Shown here: one piece after another, positions 47,397 through 58,700 of the stretch
How the letters are laid out: each line of letters opens with the position of its first letter
How positions within the stretch are numbered: the first letter of the stretch is position 1
From: Turneriella sp.
GTDB lineage: Bacteria; Spirochaetota; Leptospiria; Turneriellales; Turneriellaceae
Assembly: GCA_965279515.1 (NCBI GenBank)
Contig: CBDIID010000003.1
Location: 3,360,001-3,424,000, forward strand
Length of the DNA stretch: 64,000 nt
Direction: 5' to 3'
The notes under the pieces: generated by a model
Database searches by the model: none
What the model saw: only the letters and a program-made list of their open reading frames with translations
Told to the model about the DNA's origin: nothing
Translations under genes and position numbers: made by a program

Positions 47397-48394
47397 TAAG
47401 CATTCGACAATCTCACGTCCGGAATTACCTCAGCATCCAAGGCAATCCCACCACGCTCGCGGCGTTCAACGCGGTTCGCGAGTGACATGTTCTTATCGAA
47501 GATAAATTTCAAAACCAGCAATCCCCACGAGGTGTGGTACTTGATATTGTTGTAATATTCGGGTGCCGCCTTGCGGATTTTCGGTAAGTAGTTCCAGGAA
47601 GCCGAGGGAAAGTCATGGTGTTCGTTGTGGTAACCGACATGTACCGATGGCAAAGATAACCAGCCATAGTAGCTATAGGTCTCTTGCGGTTCGGCGACCA
47701 TAAAATGTTCCTGGATCAGGCGGCCGCCGACGATACTGAGGCCAAAGCCGCACCAAAAGGCCACCGCGAGATAAATGAGTGAATGCCAGCCCCAGAAGTA
47801 GGCCACGGCGAAATCGACCGCGAAGGTGACGATCCAGTTGGCGAGCACCCAGCCGTCAAAGAAGGCGACTTCGCGCACGCGCGCCGTGCGCACCGACTGA
47901 ATTAAAGGGAAGAAGGCGAGCCAGATCATTTTGCGGTACCAGATATTCTTCACGGCCTTGACCTCCCACCTTGCAGGCAGGTCAGCGTCGAGTTCGTACA
48001 CACCCTGGAAGGCATGGTGTTTCATGTGGTACTTCTGGAAAGAGACGTAGGATGGAATCAGCATCGGCGAGTTGACGATGAGGCCGGCGACATTGTTCCA
48101 GAACTTGCCGCGGAAGATGAGGCCGTGTGAAGCGTCATGGACGAGGCCAATGAAGCAGTGGTTCACCACCGTGCCGAAGAGCCAGGCGACAGGAATGACG
48201 ATATAAAGAGGTTTGTCGCGCATGAACCATGCCATGCCGAGTTGTACGGAAACCGAAAGCAGAATGACGAGAAAGCTCCACGGGTTCTTTTTACCGATGA
48301 ATTTGCGCATCTCGGGATGCTTTTTGAGGATCTCAGCCGTGCGGGCGAGGTGGGGTTCTTGATTCTTATCAAACAGAAATTCTGTGCGCGCCAT
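47396..48394 (-). CDS. Sphingolipid delta-4 desaturase (DES1/DEGS)-like membrane desaturase
   Basis: N-terminal EPHLARTAEILKKHPE; HDASH, HMKHH, QETYSYYG, VGYHNEHHDFP. Confidence 0.85.
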   Translation of the reverse strand: MARTEFLFDKNQEPHLARTAEILKKHPEMRKFIGKKNPWSFLVILLSVSVQLGMAWFMRDKPLYIVIPVAWLFGTVVNHCFIGLVHDASHGLIFRGKFWNNVAGLIVNSPMLIPSYVSFQKYHMKHHAFQGVYELDADLPARWEVKAVKNIWYRKMIWLAFFPLIQSVRTARVREVAFFDGWVLANWIVTFAVDFAVAYFWGWHSLIYLAVAFWCGFGLSIVGGRLIQEHFMVAEPQETYSYYGWLSLPSVHVGYHNEHHDFPSASWNYLPKIRKAAPEYYNNIKYHTSWGLLVLKFIFDKNMSLANRVERRERGGIALDAEVIPDVRLSNA

Positions 48395-48463
48395 ACGCCT
48401 TTTTGTGCGTCGCAAACAGCCGGTAAAGCAGAATCAGGGGGGCGATATAGTTTCCAAAGTAGC

Positions 48464-49588
48464 CTACGGCAAGCCGGGGGAATTTTCTTCGGCGCCGAAG
48501 CTGAGCAAGGTATCGTTCGTAGACTTATAATCGGCGGCGATCCACGCCGCAGAGCGAACCACGTTGCTGAAACGCATTTCATCGGTTAATCCCCGAAATG
48601 GCACCAGCCCGTCGTCGAAGGCGCCGAGCGCAGCGGAAGCAGATATCGTTGCGTCGGTAACGTTCGGCACCCAGCCGAGGACTCCCGAAATACTGTCAAA
48701 AGAACCGTTAACATAATAAGAGATTCTTTTCGCTGTAAAATCCACAGTCATCGTGACATGATACCAGGTATTGAGGTTCAGCAGCGGTGTTGTCGTCGTT
48801 GCAAACGATGAGCTAGCGGCTCCGTCCGGAGCGCGTATGATACCGTTGAGATTCGTCGTGCCCGTTGTTTCAAACGCCAGCCGTGATGTTCCCGTTGGCG
48901 TGCCGCCATTGTTTATGGAAAAGCACATGATTCCCTGTCCGGCAACGTTGGCCGCACGGTTAACCCATGTTGACAAAGTCACTGCACTGAGGTTCGCCGC
49001 CATGCCAGTGCCTGACATATTGATATATTGGGTTGCCCCGTCTGAAGAGCGCGCATCACCGGATTTGCCCGTTGCCAATGTAACGGTCCCGACATTCGTG
49101 CCATGGTTGGCATTCGTTGTCGAATCATTCGCCAAAGCGCCTAAATGCCAAACACCCCGAAAGCTGGTATCCCAGACTGCCGTTGCGCTTTGCGTGTCGG
49201 TCGTTGCCGCATTGCCGTAATACATCCAGATATAACCTGAAGACGAAGACGCCGCAATGCTCGGGACGCGCACCCAGATGTAAGAGCTGCCCGATGTATT
49301 CCATTTTTCGATTTCATGCGAGAGCGTCGTCGTGCCGTCGCTGGCGCGAAACTGGATATCCTGCCCCGCGCTTTGCATGCTGGCGTAATCTATACGTGTA
49401 GAATCAACACGTACCATAACCGGAAAATTGGCGAGTGTCTCGGCCTGCGCCGAGTTGTCGATGGTTATTTTACGCCGCTTCGTCCATGGGTCAGGTATCC
49501 GGTCGTCGAGGAATTGTGTGATCGCTGCATTGCAGCGGCATAAGTCAGCAGAAATGAAGAGGATGAAGATTTTATGAAACGCTTTCAC
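48464..49588 (-). CDS. DUF2341 + LamG/ConA-like surface protein
   Basis: LANFPVMV, GQDIQF, LSHEIEKW, WVRVP, MYYGN; LamG WYHV / DEMRFS. Confidence 0.85.
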   Translation of the reverse strand: MKAFHKIFILFISADLCRCNAAITQFLDDRIPDPWTKRRKITIDNSAQAETLANFPVMVRVDSTRIDYASMQSAGQDIQFRASDGTTTLSHEIEKWNTSGSSYIWVRVPSIAASSSSGYIWMYYGNAATTDTQSATAVWDTSFRGVWHLGALANDSTTNANHGTNVGTVTLATGKSGDARSSDGATQYINMSGTGMAANLSAVTLSTWVNRAANVAGQGIMCFSINNGGTPTGTSRLAFETTGTTNLNGIIRAPDGAASSSFATTTTPLLNLNTWYHVTMTVDFTAKRISYYVNGSFDSISGVLGWVPNVTDATISASAALGAFDDGLVPFRGLTDEMRFSNVVRSAAWIAADYKSTNDTLLSFGAEENSPGLP

Positions 49589-50727
49589 GGAAGCCTCGGA
49601 TCAACCTCTTCACTGCCGAAGGTAAGAAAGGTGTCGCTCAGAGATTTATAGTCAGCAGCGATCCATGCGGATGTTCGGGCGGCACCTGAAAGCCGCAATT
49701 CGTCCATTTTACCTGGGAAAAAAAACGCGCTGCCGTCGTCCTCAGCTCCTATTGCGGCATTGGCCGAGGTGGTGGAAGATAATTGGGTACTTGTCCATGA
49801 CGCCAGCGAAGTATCATTATCGGCCACAAGCGAGCCGTTGTGGTAAAACTTCACGTCCTGAGTGGGGTAGTCGATGACTACGGTGAGAAATTGCCATGAA
49901 TTGGTTATCAGCGGAGATGTGTTGGTCGCTTGCGTGGCGTTGGCTGGCGCCGAATCGTCTGCCCGGCCACCCGCGGCGAAATTGTTCGTTGCATCCCCGC
50001 CGAACGTGACACGTGACGAATTGATCGGTGGCGTCCCGTTTTTTGCGATGGCAAGTATGTTCTTGGTCGACGAGATCGTCGCGGAGGGGGATATCCAAAC
50101 CGATATCGTCGTCGCCCGGTTTCCGCCGATGATGTTCTTGTTCAAACCCAAATCGACCCAGCTCGATGTCCCGTTGAAGGAATAGGCCTGACCGGCCTGG
50201 CCGTCTACCTGGCTGATAGTGTTATTGGTGCCAGAAATTCCGTTAGCGGTCGAGTCGCCGGCGCTCGCAATGGAAGCAAAATGCCATACCGCCTTATAAT
50301 CCGAATCCCACACAGTCGTGGCATTCTGACCGTCGCTTGTCGCCGTATTGCCGTAGTACATCCAAATATAATCCGTCGCCGACGATGCGTCGACCTGCGG
50401 TACCTTGACCCAAACATAAGAGCTGCCGGCTTCATTCCATTTTTCAATTTCATGGGATAGGATGTTTTTCCCATCGCTGTCGCGGAATTGGATGTCTTGC
50501 CCTGCATCCTGCGTGTTTGCATAATCGATGCGCGTTGCGTCCACGCGGACCATCAGGGGGAAATTCAACAAGTTCTCTGCCTGCGCCGCGTTGTTGATGG
50601 TGATTTTGCGCCGCCGCGTCCAGGCGTCGGGGCCTTTATCATCCAGAAACAGGGTGATCGACGAATTACACTGTAAAACAAGCAGGAAGGTACTCAGAAA
50701 GAAAAATGGGCTGGGTGATTTCCGCAT
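49585..50727 (-). CDS. DUF2341 + LamG/ConA-like lipoprotein (paralog of the neighbour)
   Basis: Lipobox VLQC; same motifs. Confidence 0.85.
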   Translation of the reverse strand: MRKSPSPFFFLSTFLLVLQCNSSITLFLDDKGPDAWTRRRKITINNAAQAENLLNFPLMVRVDATRIDYANTQDAGQDIQFRDSDGKNILSHEIEKWNEAGSSYVWVKVPQVDASSATDYIWMYYGNTATSDGQNATTVWDSDYKAVWHFASIASAGDSTANGISGTNNTISQVDGQAGQAYSFNGTSSWVDLGLNKNIIGGNRATTISVWISPSATISSTKNILAIAKNGTPPINSSRVTFGGDATNNFAAGGRADDSAPANATQATNTSPLITNSWQFLTVVIDYPTQDVKFYHNGSLVADNDTSLASWTSTQLSSTTSANAAIGAEDDGSAFFFPGKMDELRLSGAARTSAWIAADYKSLSDTFLTFGSEEVDPRLP

Positions 50728-50894
50728 GGACTGATCTATGAGACGAATGGGCTTGCCGTGTTGCAACAGACCATACCCCTGATTCGGCATAAAAGCTCTA
50801 CTCCTTTCGTGTTAAAGCGTACGCGTTTAAGCGCCGTTCTTTAGTGTACCATCGGAGCGCTTCTTGGCATTCGTCTCCGGAATGTGATTTTAAA

Positions 50895-53030
50895 ATGAAC
50901 GCAACAGAACCTGTAATACCGGCAATAACCCAGAGCCGCCCTAAATCATCCATTGTGATGAGGCTGTCCTTCCTCTACTTAATCCTGATGCTCGTCAATA
51001 TGTCGATCTTCTGGTTTGCCTCAGGCTCGAACCAGATGCGGCTGATTGCCGAGAAGGCCACAATGTCCGCGCAATCGATCTCTTTTGAAATCTTTCGCCG
51101 GCTGCAGCCGCTGATGGATAAGGATTTTGCCGGCAAGGGCGATCCGACGCAGATCTTTGTTAAAAATAAAGACGCATTTGTACAGAGCCTGCGTGTCGGC
51201 GGCAGTGGCGATAAGCTGATTATCCCGTCGCTGCGCGTGTTTTCCACCGATCTGCAGGTGTTGCTTTCGTACCCGGCAGACAAAAATGCCATCGTCAGTC
51301 CCGATGACCTGCAGCACGCCTATAAGGCCATACAACTCAAAGACCTCAAGAATGAAATATTTTATGGCGTGCCGGATATCCTGCGCTACCGCATCGATAT
51401 CTACCTGCCGCTGACCTCGACGGGAGTCAACGACCTCGTGCTTTCGAGCCGAATTCCGCTCGAGTCGATCCAGAAAGAACTCGCCAGCCTTTTCCGTTTG
51501 GGCCTCGTCATGATCGGCCTTTTGCTGCTCGTGCAGATGGCGGTGGGGTTTATCATCTACCGCACTTTGATTAAGCCCATCAAACATGTCAGTTCTGCCG
51601 CGGGGGAGCTCAGCCGCGGCGAATTTACGCAGATCGAATACAGCACGAAACGCGACGATGAGATTAAAACTCTTGTCGATTCTTTCAATCATATGTCGTC
51701 TGAACTAAAGACCAAGGACAATACTATCCGCCAGAATATGGCAAGCATCAAGAAGAAGAACGACATTGCGCAGTTTGAGCTGAATATCGCGCAAAAGATT
51801 CAATCATCGATCATGCCGACGAAAAAGACCGTCGGCCATGTTGCCTGGGCCGTGGAGTACCAGCCGCTCTATACCGTATCCGGCGATTATTACGATATCT
51901 TGCGGCTGAGCGATGGTTCGGTGGCAATTTTTATCGGCGACGCTTCAGGGCATGGTGTGCCCGCGGCGTTTCTTACCATCATGGCGAAGATTTATTTTTC
52001 TTCGCTGGTCGAAAAAGTCTCCGACCCCGCCGACCTGCTGCAGCAGGTGAGCGTTCTTATGGCGGCCTATCTCGAAATGGAAGGCCTGTATATGACCGGT
52101 TTTTATATGCGTATCTATCCGGATAACCGCGCCGAGTACTGCAATTGTATACATCCCACGCCGATCGTCTTGCGCAAAGAGACGGGAGAGCTCGAGCATC
52201 TGAAATCGACGGGTTTCTATATCGGGATACTCGACGAAGACGGCCGTAAGAATGAAACGAAGACAATCCAGCTCAACCCCGGTGACCGGCTGGTGCTCTA
52301 TTCCGACGGCATTACTGAAGCCAAGAATGAAACGAAGAAAATGTTTGGTCTTGAACGCGTCGCCGACCTGGTGCTTAAACATAAGGATGCCCCACCGCAA
52401 CAACTCAAACAAGTGCTGCTCGACGCTTTGACCGAATACCGCGGAAATACGCCACTCAATGATGACCTGACGATTCTGATTGCGGAAATCGGCGAACCGG
52501 TTTCGGTAATTGCACCGGAGGCGGCACCCGATGAAGCGGAAACGGTTGTTGCGGGTGAAGCCGGTGGCAGCGCGGTAGAAGAAGCGATAGGGTTTTTCCA
52601 TGAAAAACGTTACGAAGAGGCAATCCACGGCTTCCAGGGACTGGCTGAATCCGGGGCGCAGAACAGCGCGGCGCTGTTGCTGACGGCAGAGAGTTATTTC
52701 TCGCTGAAAAAATACAGCGATGCGCTGAGCTACTATGAGAAGTACGCTACAGCTTCAGGCAGCGTGGATTTCCGCGTTTCCTTCCGCATGGCGTCGTGCC
52801 TGGCGCATCTCGGCCAATTTGACAGGGCCGAAGAGATCGCACTGAAATCGGCCGAGACGTGGCCCGAGAATCCGGATGCGACGGCACAGCTGGCACTGAT
52901 GCAGATTAAACAAGGTAAAAATAATGAGGCCCAGGTGAATATCCGCAAGGCACTGGAAAAAAATCCCGAATCGGCGCGTTATCGTAAGATTGCCGCACTG
53001 GTCGGCCCCTTTGAGACGGCGGAGAATTAA
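50895..53030 (+). CDS. Membrane sensor: HAMP-SpoIIE (PP2C) phosphatase with C-terminal TPRs
   Basis: Two TM segments, HAMP, VSGD, GDASGHG, YSDG, DDLT, TPRs. Confidence 0.9.
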   Translation: MNATEPVIPAITQSRPKSSIVMRLSFLYLILMLVNMSIFWFASGSNQMRLIAEKATMSAQSISFEIFRRLQPLMDKDFAGKGDPTQIFVKNKDAFVQSLRVGGSGDKLIIPSLRVFSTDLQVLLSYPADKNAIVSPDDLQHAYKAIQLKDLKNEIFYGVPDILRYRIDIYLPLTSTGVNDLVLSSRIPLESIQKELASLFRLGLVMIGLLLLVQMAVGFIIYRTLIKPIKHVSSAAGELSRGEFTQIEYSTKRDDEIKTLVDSFNHMSSELKTKDNTIRQNMASIKKKNDIAQFELNIAQKIQSSIMPTKKTVGHVAWAVEYQPLYTVSGDYYDILRLSDGSVAIFIGDASGHGVPAAFLTIMAKIYFSSLVEKVSDPADLLQQVSVLMAAYLEMEGLYMTGFYMRIYPDNRAEYCNCIHPTPIVLRKETGELEHLKSTGFYIGILDEDGRKNETKTIQLNPGDRLVLYSDGITEAKNETKKMFGLERVADLVLKHKDAPPQQLKQVLLDALTEYRGNTPLNDDLTILIAEIGEPVSVIAPEAAPDEAETVVAGEAGGSAVEEAIGFFHEKRYEEAIHGFQGLAESGAQNSAALLLTAESYFSLKKYSDALSYYEKYATASGSVDFRVSFRMASCLAHLGQFDRAEEIALKSAETWPENPDATAQLALMQIKQGKNNEAQVNIRKALEKNPESARYRKIAALVGPFETAEN

Positions 53031-53036
53031 CCGCAG

Positions 53037-54587
53037 ATGTCTTCGGCAGGTTCGATGACGAAACGATACGGTTGGCGCATCGCCGCGGTAGTCATTGGCT
53101 GCGCCGGGGCTGTATACTTCATGACGCTGATATTCGAGATTCGGGTTCGCGAATTGAAGACGTCCCTGAAAAGCCTCAACAATAACCAGACATCGTTTCG
53201 TACACTGGCGCTGATCTCGCGCTACCAGCTGATACGCGACCGCATGGTCCACAACGACGAATCGAACCAGTTTAAGAGCGAAGGCAAGACCATGCTTGCT
53301 TTAAGCCAGACGACGGCCCAGGATGAAACCGATCGGGTCACGGTCATCGATCGTATCGCGATCGGCCTCATCAATGCACTCAACTGGCTGACGGGTTCTG
53401 AGCCGCTGAGAAATTACCAGACCAGCAAAGACCAACGCGCGCTGGAGCTCGCATACCTCTATGAAATCCGCCGCGACTACGGCAAAGCCGTTGAGACCTA
53501 CGATCTCGCCATCAAGATGATACCCGAAAAGAACCAGGAGGCACAGCAATACGCCTACCTGCACCGCGGTTTTTGCCTTTCCCTGCAGGATAAAAAAAAT
53601 GAGGCCCTTGCCGATTATTCCATCGTAATTTCGTCGAACCAAACCGGTGAGTTCCGATATACGGCCGAGATTCTGTCGGCCCTGCTCAAAGACCTGCTCG
53701 AGAAGTCGGGTAAAATCGATCAGATGGCCGACTCTGAAGGTAAGGCCGAAGCGTATTATAAACTTGCAGCATATCCCAAAGCTTTTGCCGTGTATGACAA
53801 GCTACAGAAACAGGGTAACCTGTCAGCGCGGGGGACGTATTATGCGGGCAGGGTGCACGAAGAACTGGGACAGTCAGATAAGGCCGCGGAGAAATTCCGC
53901 AACCTGATTACCCAGCAGGGCGGTGACGACTGGGCGCTGCGTGCGAACCGGCGTATCTATGCGCTAGGTGCGTTCTATGGCGGCGATAAAAAGTACCGCG
54001 AAGAGTCTCAGAAGAACGCGACCACCGTCGTTCAGGATAAAGAACTCATCAAGACCGCCGAAAAATTCGAGTCGGTGATCAAGCAGAACGAAGTTGTGGC
54101 GAAAGCGAGACAGGCCGAAATTGCCGAAACCGTAGAACTCGTTCAACAGGAGAAAGTCAATCTTGCGGATAAGCCGCTGCCTGTACCGGTCGCTGCTGTT
54201 CCCGTTGCAGAGAAAAATCCGCCGGTGGCCGCCGTCATACCGCCACCTGCACCCGTTGCACCGAAGCCTAAACCCCAGGTGATTACGCCGCCCGTGGTCA
54301 AGACAGAGCCCCCGCCCGCACCGGCAGAAACGCCGGCAAGCCCCGAAGAGAAGTTGCAGAGCGCCCTGAAGAAACGTGACCTGACGCGCGCCGAAAAAAA
54401 AGAAATTCTCATGACCTTTAAAGAGATTGAACTAATCATCCTAAACGATGACAATGAAATCTGGGGAATACCGATTAAGGAGGAAAAGGACCGCATCTCC
54501 TTTTTTACGGTGATGGGCAAAGTCAGCATCGCGAAAAGCCGCATTAAGAGCCGGGAAAAGATCGATAGCGCCGAGGCTTTTCGTTGA
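53037..54587 (+). CDS. Membrane-anchored TPR protein with Pro-rich linker and small C-terminal beta domain
   Basis: N-terminal TM, TPRs, long P/A/V-rich tract. Confidence 0.8.
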   Translation: MSSAGSMTKRYGWRIAAVVIGCAGAVYFMTLIFEIRVRELKTSLKSLNNNQTSFRTLALISRYQLIRDRMVHNDESNQFKSEGKTMLALSQTTAQDETDRVTVIDRIAIGLINALNWLTGSEPLRNYQTSKDQRALELAYLYEIRRDYGKAVETYDLAIKMIPEKNQEAQQYAYLHRGFCLSLQDKKNEALADYSIVISSNQTGEFRYTAEILSALLKDLLEKSGKIDQMADSEGKAEAYYKLAAYPKAFAVYDKLQKQGNLSARGTYYAGRVHEELGQSDKAAEKFRNLITQQGGDDWALRANRRIYALGAFYGGDKKYREESQKNATTVVQDKELIKTAEKFESVIKQNEVVAKARQAEIAETVELVQQEKVNLADKPLPVPVAAVPVAEKNPPVAAVIPPPAPVAPKPKPQVITPPVVKTEPPPAPAETPASPEEKLQSALKKRDLTRAEKKEILMTFKEIELIILNDDNEIWGIPIKEEKDRISFFTVMGKVSIAKSRIKSREKIDSAEAFR

Positions 54588-55333
54588 GGCGAAGAATTCT
54601 GCTGCTGGCGTTTCTGACGCCTTTAACTGCGGTAAATCCGCCCCTGAAGCCCGGGGCGAAGTATGACTTTATCGCCCGCGACGGGCAACATGTCTATGCC
54701 GCCATCTTTGTCAAAGAGACAGAAACTACCTATGTCGTGAAGACCGACGGTTTCGGCGATGAAACCCTGGCGATCGAAAAGAGTGTGCTCTCGGGGCCCC
54801 CGCGCCCTTCGTCCGATAAGCTGTCTAAAGACACCGTCGCCGGCCGCTGGGCCCGCCCCTGGAGTATCAGCGTCGCCGGCGACCTGCGCATGGCGAGCGG
54901 CGCCTTCTCTGATTATGCGCTGTTTTTTCCCGGCGCATCGCTGCGCCTGAGCCGCAAGGTAGAGCCTATTCCCTATACCGGGGGGATCAACGCGTTCTCG
55001 CTGTTAGCGCAGTATGCCCCCATTGCCCGCTCGCCGCGCCGCATCGACCTGATCAATTTTGCCCTGGGGCCGAAATGGCGGAAAAGGTTTCGCAAGATTC
55101 CGCGGGCCGAATTTTCCCTGCACGCGGCGCCGACGGTTTCTTTACTGCATTATACTTCGTATACGTTTGATACCTGGAGTGTGAATCTGGGTTTTATGGC
55201 CGCAGCGGGCATGGACTGGTGGGTGGGGTCAAACTGGGCGATCGTCGCCGTCTTAGGAACACAATACATCCACGATAAATCGACGTTTGTGCTGATGCAC
55301 AATTTTTCGCTCGGCGTCTCTTACGCCTGGTAA
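54584..55333 (+). CDS. Outer-membrane beta-barrel protein with N-terminal beta domain
   Basis: Signal peptide; amphipathic strands; ends GVSYAW. Confidence 0.7.
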   Translation: MRRRILLLAFLTPLTAVNPPLKPGAKYDFIARDGQHVYAAIFVKETETTYVVKTDGFGDETLAIEKSVLSGPPRPSSDKLSKDTVAGRWARPWSISVAGDLRMASGAFSDYALFFPGASLRLSRKVEPIPYTGGINAFSLLAQYAPIARSPRRIDLINFALGPKWRKRFRKIPRAEFSLHAAPTVSLLHYTSYTFDTWSVNLGFMAAAGMDWWVGSNWAIVAVLGTQYIHDKSTFVLMHNFSLGVSYAW

Positions 55334-55334
55334 T

Positions 55335-55688
55335 TCAGGTTACAGTGCTTGTTCCCGGGCCTATGGCATCTTCGGTCGATGTCATTACATTGAGAAGACC
55401 CATGGATTGTGTTGCATGCAAAATCGCATCAACTTGTTCGCCGATCTGAACGAGGATTAATTTTCCACCGTAATTTTTGACGGCCTTGTGAAAATAGAAC
55501 AGGGCGCCGATGGCAGAGGAATCGATTGATTCGACCTGTTCCATATTGAGCACCACGGTACCCGGTTTGGATTCAAGGCATTCAATCAGCGCCGCTTTAA
55601 ATTCGGGCACTTTGTACATTTCAAACTCATCTGTCAGCATTTTTACGACAACCGCGTTGGGGCGGTGTTCAGCTTCGATCATACTCAC
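55335..55688 (-). CDS. STAS anti-anti-sigma factor
   Basis: SIDSSAIG. Confidence 0.88.
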   Translation of the reverse strand: MSMIEAEHRPNAVVVKMLTDEFEMYKVPEFKAALIECLESKPGTVVLNMEQVESIDSSAIGALFYFHKAVKNYGGKLILVQIGEQVDAILHATQSMGLLNVMTSTEDAIGPGTSTVT

Positions 55689-55722
55689 TTAGACGACTCC
55701 TGTTCGGCTTTCCGCGACAAAA

Positions 55723-58700
55723 TTAAGTAATGCTTGCGATCTTTTGCATGATTTGCTCGGCCGCGGGAATGCCGGGGCTGAGCCGCAGCGCCTCTTCGGC
55801 ATAGAGTTGTGCCTCTTTATCAAAATGCAGAATGACTGCAAGGTGGGCCAGGTGTACGAGGTTACCGGTGTGGGATGGATTCCGGAGGCGAAAGCGCTCT
55901 GCACACTCGTAGGCGGCTTTATACTCGTGTTGCTTCTTATAGGAGCGCACGAGGACATAGATCAGATCATGCTTGAGGGGATCAAGTTCAAGCGCCATGA
56001 GCGCCTCTTCGATGGCTTTGGAAAAATTCTGGATTTTGAAGAAAATGCGGGCCCGCGAAGCAGCGCGTTCTGTCGGATTTTGCACATCTTCGCTGAGTTT
56101 CAGCGCCAATGCGGGTTCGCCGCGCTTATAGGCCGCGGTGAGTTCTGACAAGATCGATTTGTCGTCGATGCTGAGGCGCGCCGACGGAATATTCGCTTCT
56201 ACCCGGATGAGCGAGAGGTCGTCTGTGATCTCTCCGGCATTTGTGAGTTTTTCGAAAAGCTCTTTCAGGTCGCCGTGCGTTTCTTCGGCGAGGCGGCGGA
56301 AAATATTCTCGTCTTCATTGATGACACGTTCTTTATCTTTGCTGATACCCAGCATCAGGTCGTCGCGCCCGTCTGAGCCGACGAGCAGCACGTCGCCGGG
56401 CTTCAGCTGGATTGTGTCGACATGGAAAGGCGAGTCGTCCCTGAGTACCTTCCACGGATATTTTTCCAGGCCCGGTATGATACCGAGCTTACGGTAAAAA
56501 ACCGCGGTCTTGAGAAATTCTGCATGCCCGTTCCGGAGGATGACCGGCCAGGGATGCTCGGCGTTCGTGAAGAACATGGCGCCGCTCTTTTCATGGATAA
56601 GGCCTAAGAAGATCGAAACCAGCATCGAGCCGTCGAACACGGCGAAGATCTTGTGTAGTTCGACAAAGGCATCACGGATCCAGCTTTCAGGAAAGCGGTT
56701 ACTTTCGGCGCGTGAAATGCGGCAGCGGTCGAGAATCGCGTGGAAGGCCGAGCCCAGAACAACGGCACCGCCCGCGCCCTGCATCGATTTGCCCATGGCG
56801 TCGGCGTTGAGTATGACGATGTAGTCTTCATCTTTCAGCGTGATACGATCGGCTACACAGATATCACCGCCGATTTCGGCCTGCCAGTGTTTGAAATCAA
56901 ACTGCTTTTTCTGTTTAACTAAAAACTCAATGCGGTAAAGGTCTGACGTCGCCCGGTTTGAGCCCAGGGGGTTGAGCATGAGCGAAGTCAGGAAATAATC
57001 CCCGTCTTGCTGCTGCTTGAGTTCCTGTACCTGCCCGAGTGTCTGCTCGAGATCGCGTGTTCGCTCGCTGACCTTCTGTTCGAGGCCCACAGCGTATTCC
57101 TGCAGTTTCTGGCGCGCCTCGCGTATCGAGACCGTCATGTTGTTGAATGAGCGCGCGAGGGTACCGATCTCGTCTTCGACGCCGATCTTGACCTGCGCGT
57201 CGAGGTTGCCCTGGTTGACGTTGGCGACTCCCGCGAGCAGTTTATTGAGCGGGCTCACGAGGGCGAGATGGAAGAACACGGGAAAAACCGTCAGCAACAG
57301 GATTAATCCACCCAATGTTAAGATAAAAAAATCGAGGGCCGCGTCGCGCACATAAGCCCGGTACTTCAGGTAGTGGAAGCCGGCTTCGTATACCGTCGTT
57401 GTATACGGATCGTACCAGCGGAATGAAACAAAATGCGCGCCGCCCTGTTCGGGATAATCGCGCGCCCCGGATTTGAGCGGCTGGATGAACGCGTCGGCGA
57501 CTTCTTGCCGCAGTTCGCGGCCTTCGTTTTTCGATGAATGCAGCTGCCCGAGGAAAAAATCCGCGGCGTCTTTCTCGAGTGCTCCCTGCGCCTTCAGGAG
57601 TTTCTCCGCGCGTGAGCGGAAATCCATCCAGTTAAGGCGAACGAGCCGGCTCTTCAGAATGCGTAACTTCGCTTCGAGTGCGGCAAATTTTTCTTCTACT
57701 GTATCGCCTGTTTGCCGCGAGCGCAGATCGGCAAGCGCGGCAAGCCATGCGCGTGACTTGCCCTCGGGGAGCCGTGTAGAAATTTCAGGGGTACTGAAGC
57801 CTTCGCGCCAGGCAGAGAACAGCAGCAGGTTCGCCGGTGCTGACTCGGGCGGTTTGCCGAGATAGATTTTGGCCTGGCCGGTGCGTGCGTTAAAGCCCCG
57901 CAGCCAGGCCATGTCGTCGGGCGGTCTGCCGCCGAGCATCACGCGCCCGGCTTCTTCTTTTTTCAGCGTATCATAATCGGCATCACGGCGCGTCAGGGTG
58001 CGCGAGGCGAGAACCTGCATGACCAGCAGAAACGTCACGAGGCTGATGCCGATAATCTTCGACATGAACGACGTGCGGTCGGGTGTCGTGTTGAGGAAAA
58101 CGACGAGAATAATAAAGAGGCCGATGACGATAAAGATCGCGTAGGCGTTTTGGAAAAGTTCACGGCTGACACGCCCGTCGCGGCTGAGCGAATTGAGCAC
58201 CGCGGGAATCATCATCACAAAGAACAGTATCAGCGCCTGTGCAAGGAGCGCCCAGCGGTGCGCACCGCGGCGGATAAAAAAACGCCAGACGCCAACGACG
58301 ACTGAGAACAGAATATAGCCAAGGATAAACGCGGATTGAATCGTGCTTATGGAGTCGGCATCGAGGTCAAAATAATGCCCTTGAGAATTGAACACGACGC
58401 CGGTCTTCGCAGATGAATAAATAAAGACAGATGTGATGCCGATATGGATGGTCCATTGGAGCCACATCAGCGTTGTTGTCAGGCGCGGATGGTCTACTTT
58501 GGGAAAGCGCAGCAGAAACTGGGTGAAGTGCAGCACCGCAGGCAGAATGGTGCCGACGGTGAGCCAGCGGTGGTATGCCGCCAGCGGACTATAGACTGAA
58601 TACGGGATCAGGTATGCCGCATTGAAAAGTGCAAGAAATGCCAGGGCGACGCCGAGATGCAGCGTCGCCGAAGATTTATTGCGCAGCGTCAGCAGAAAAA

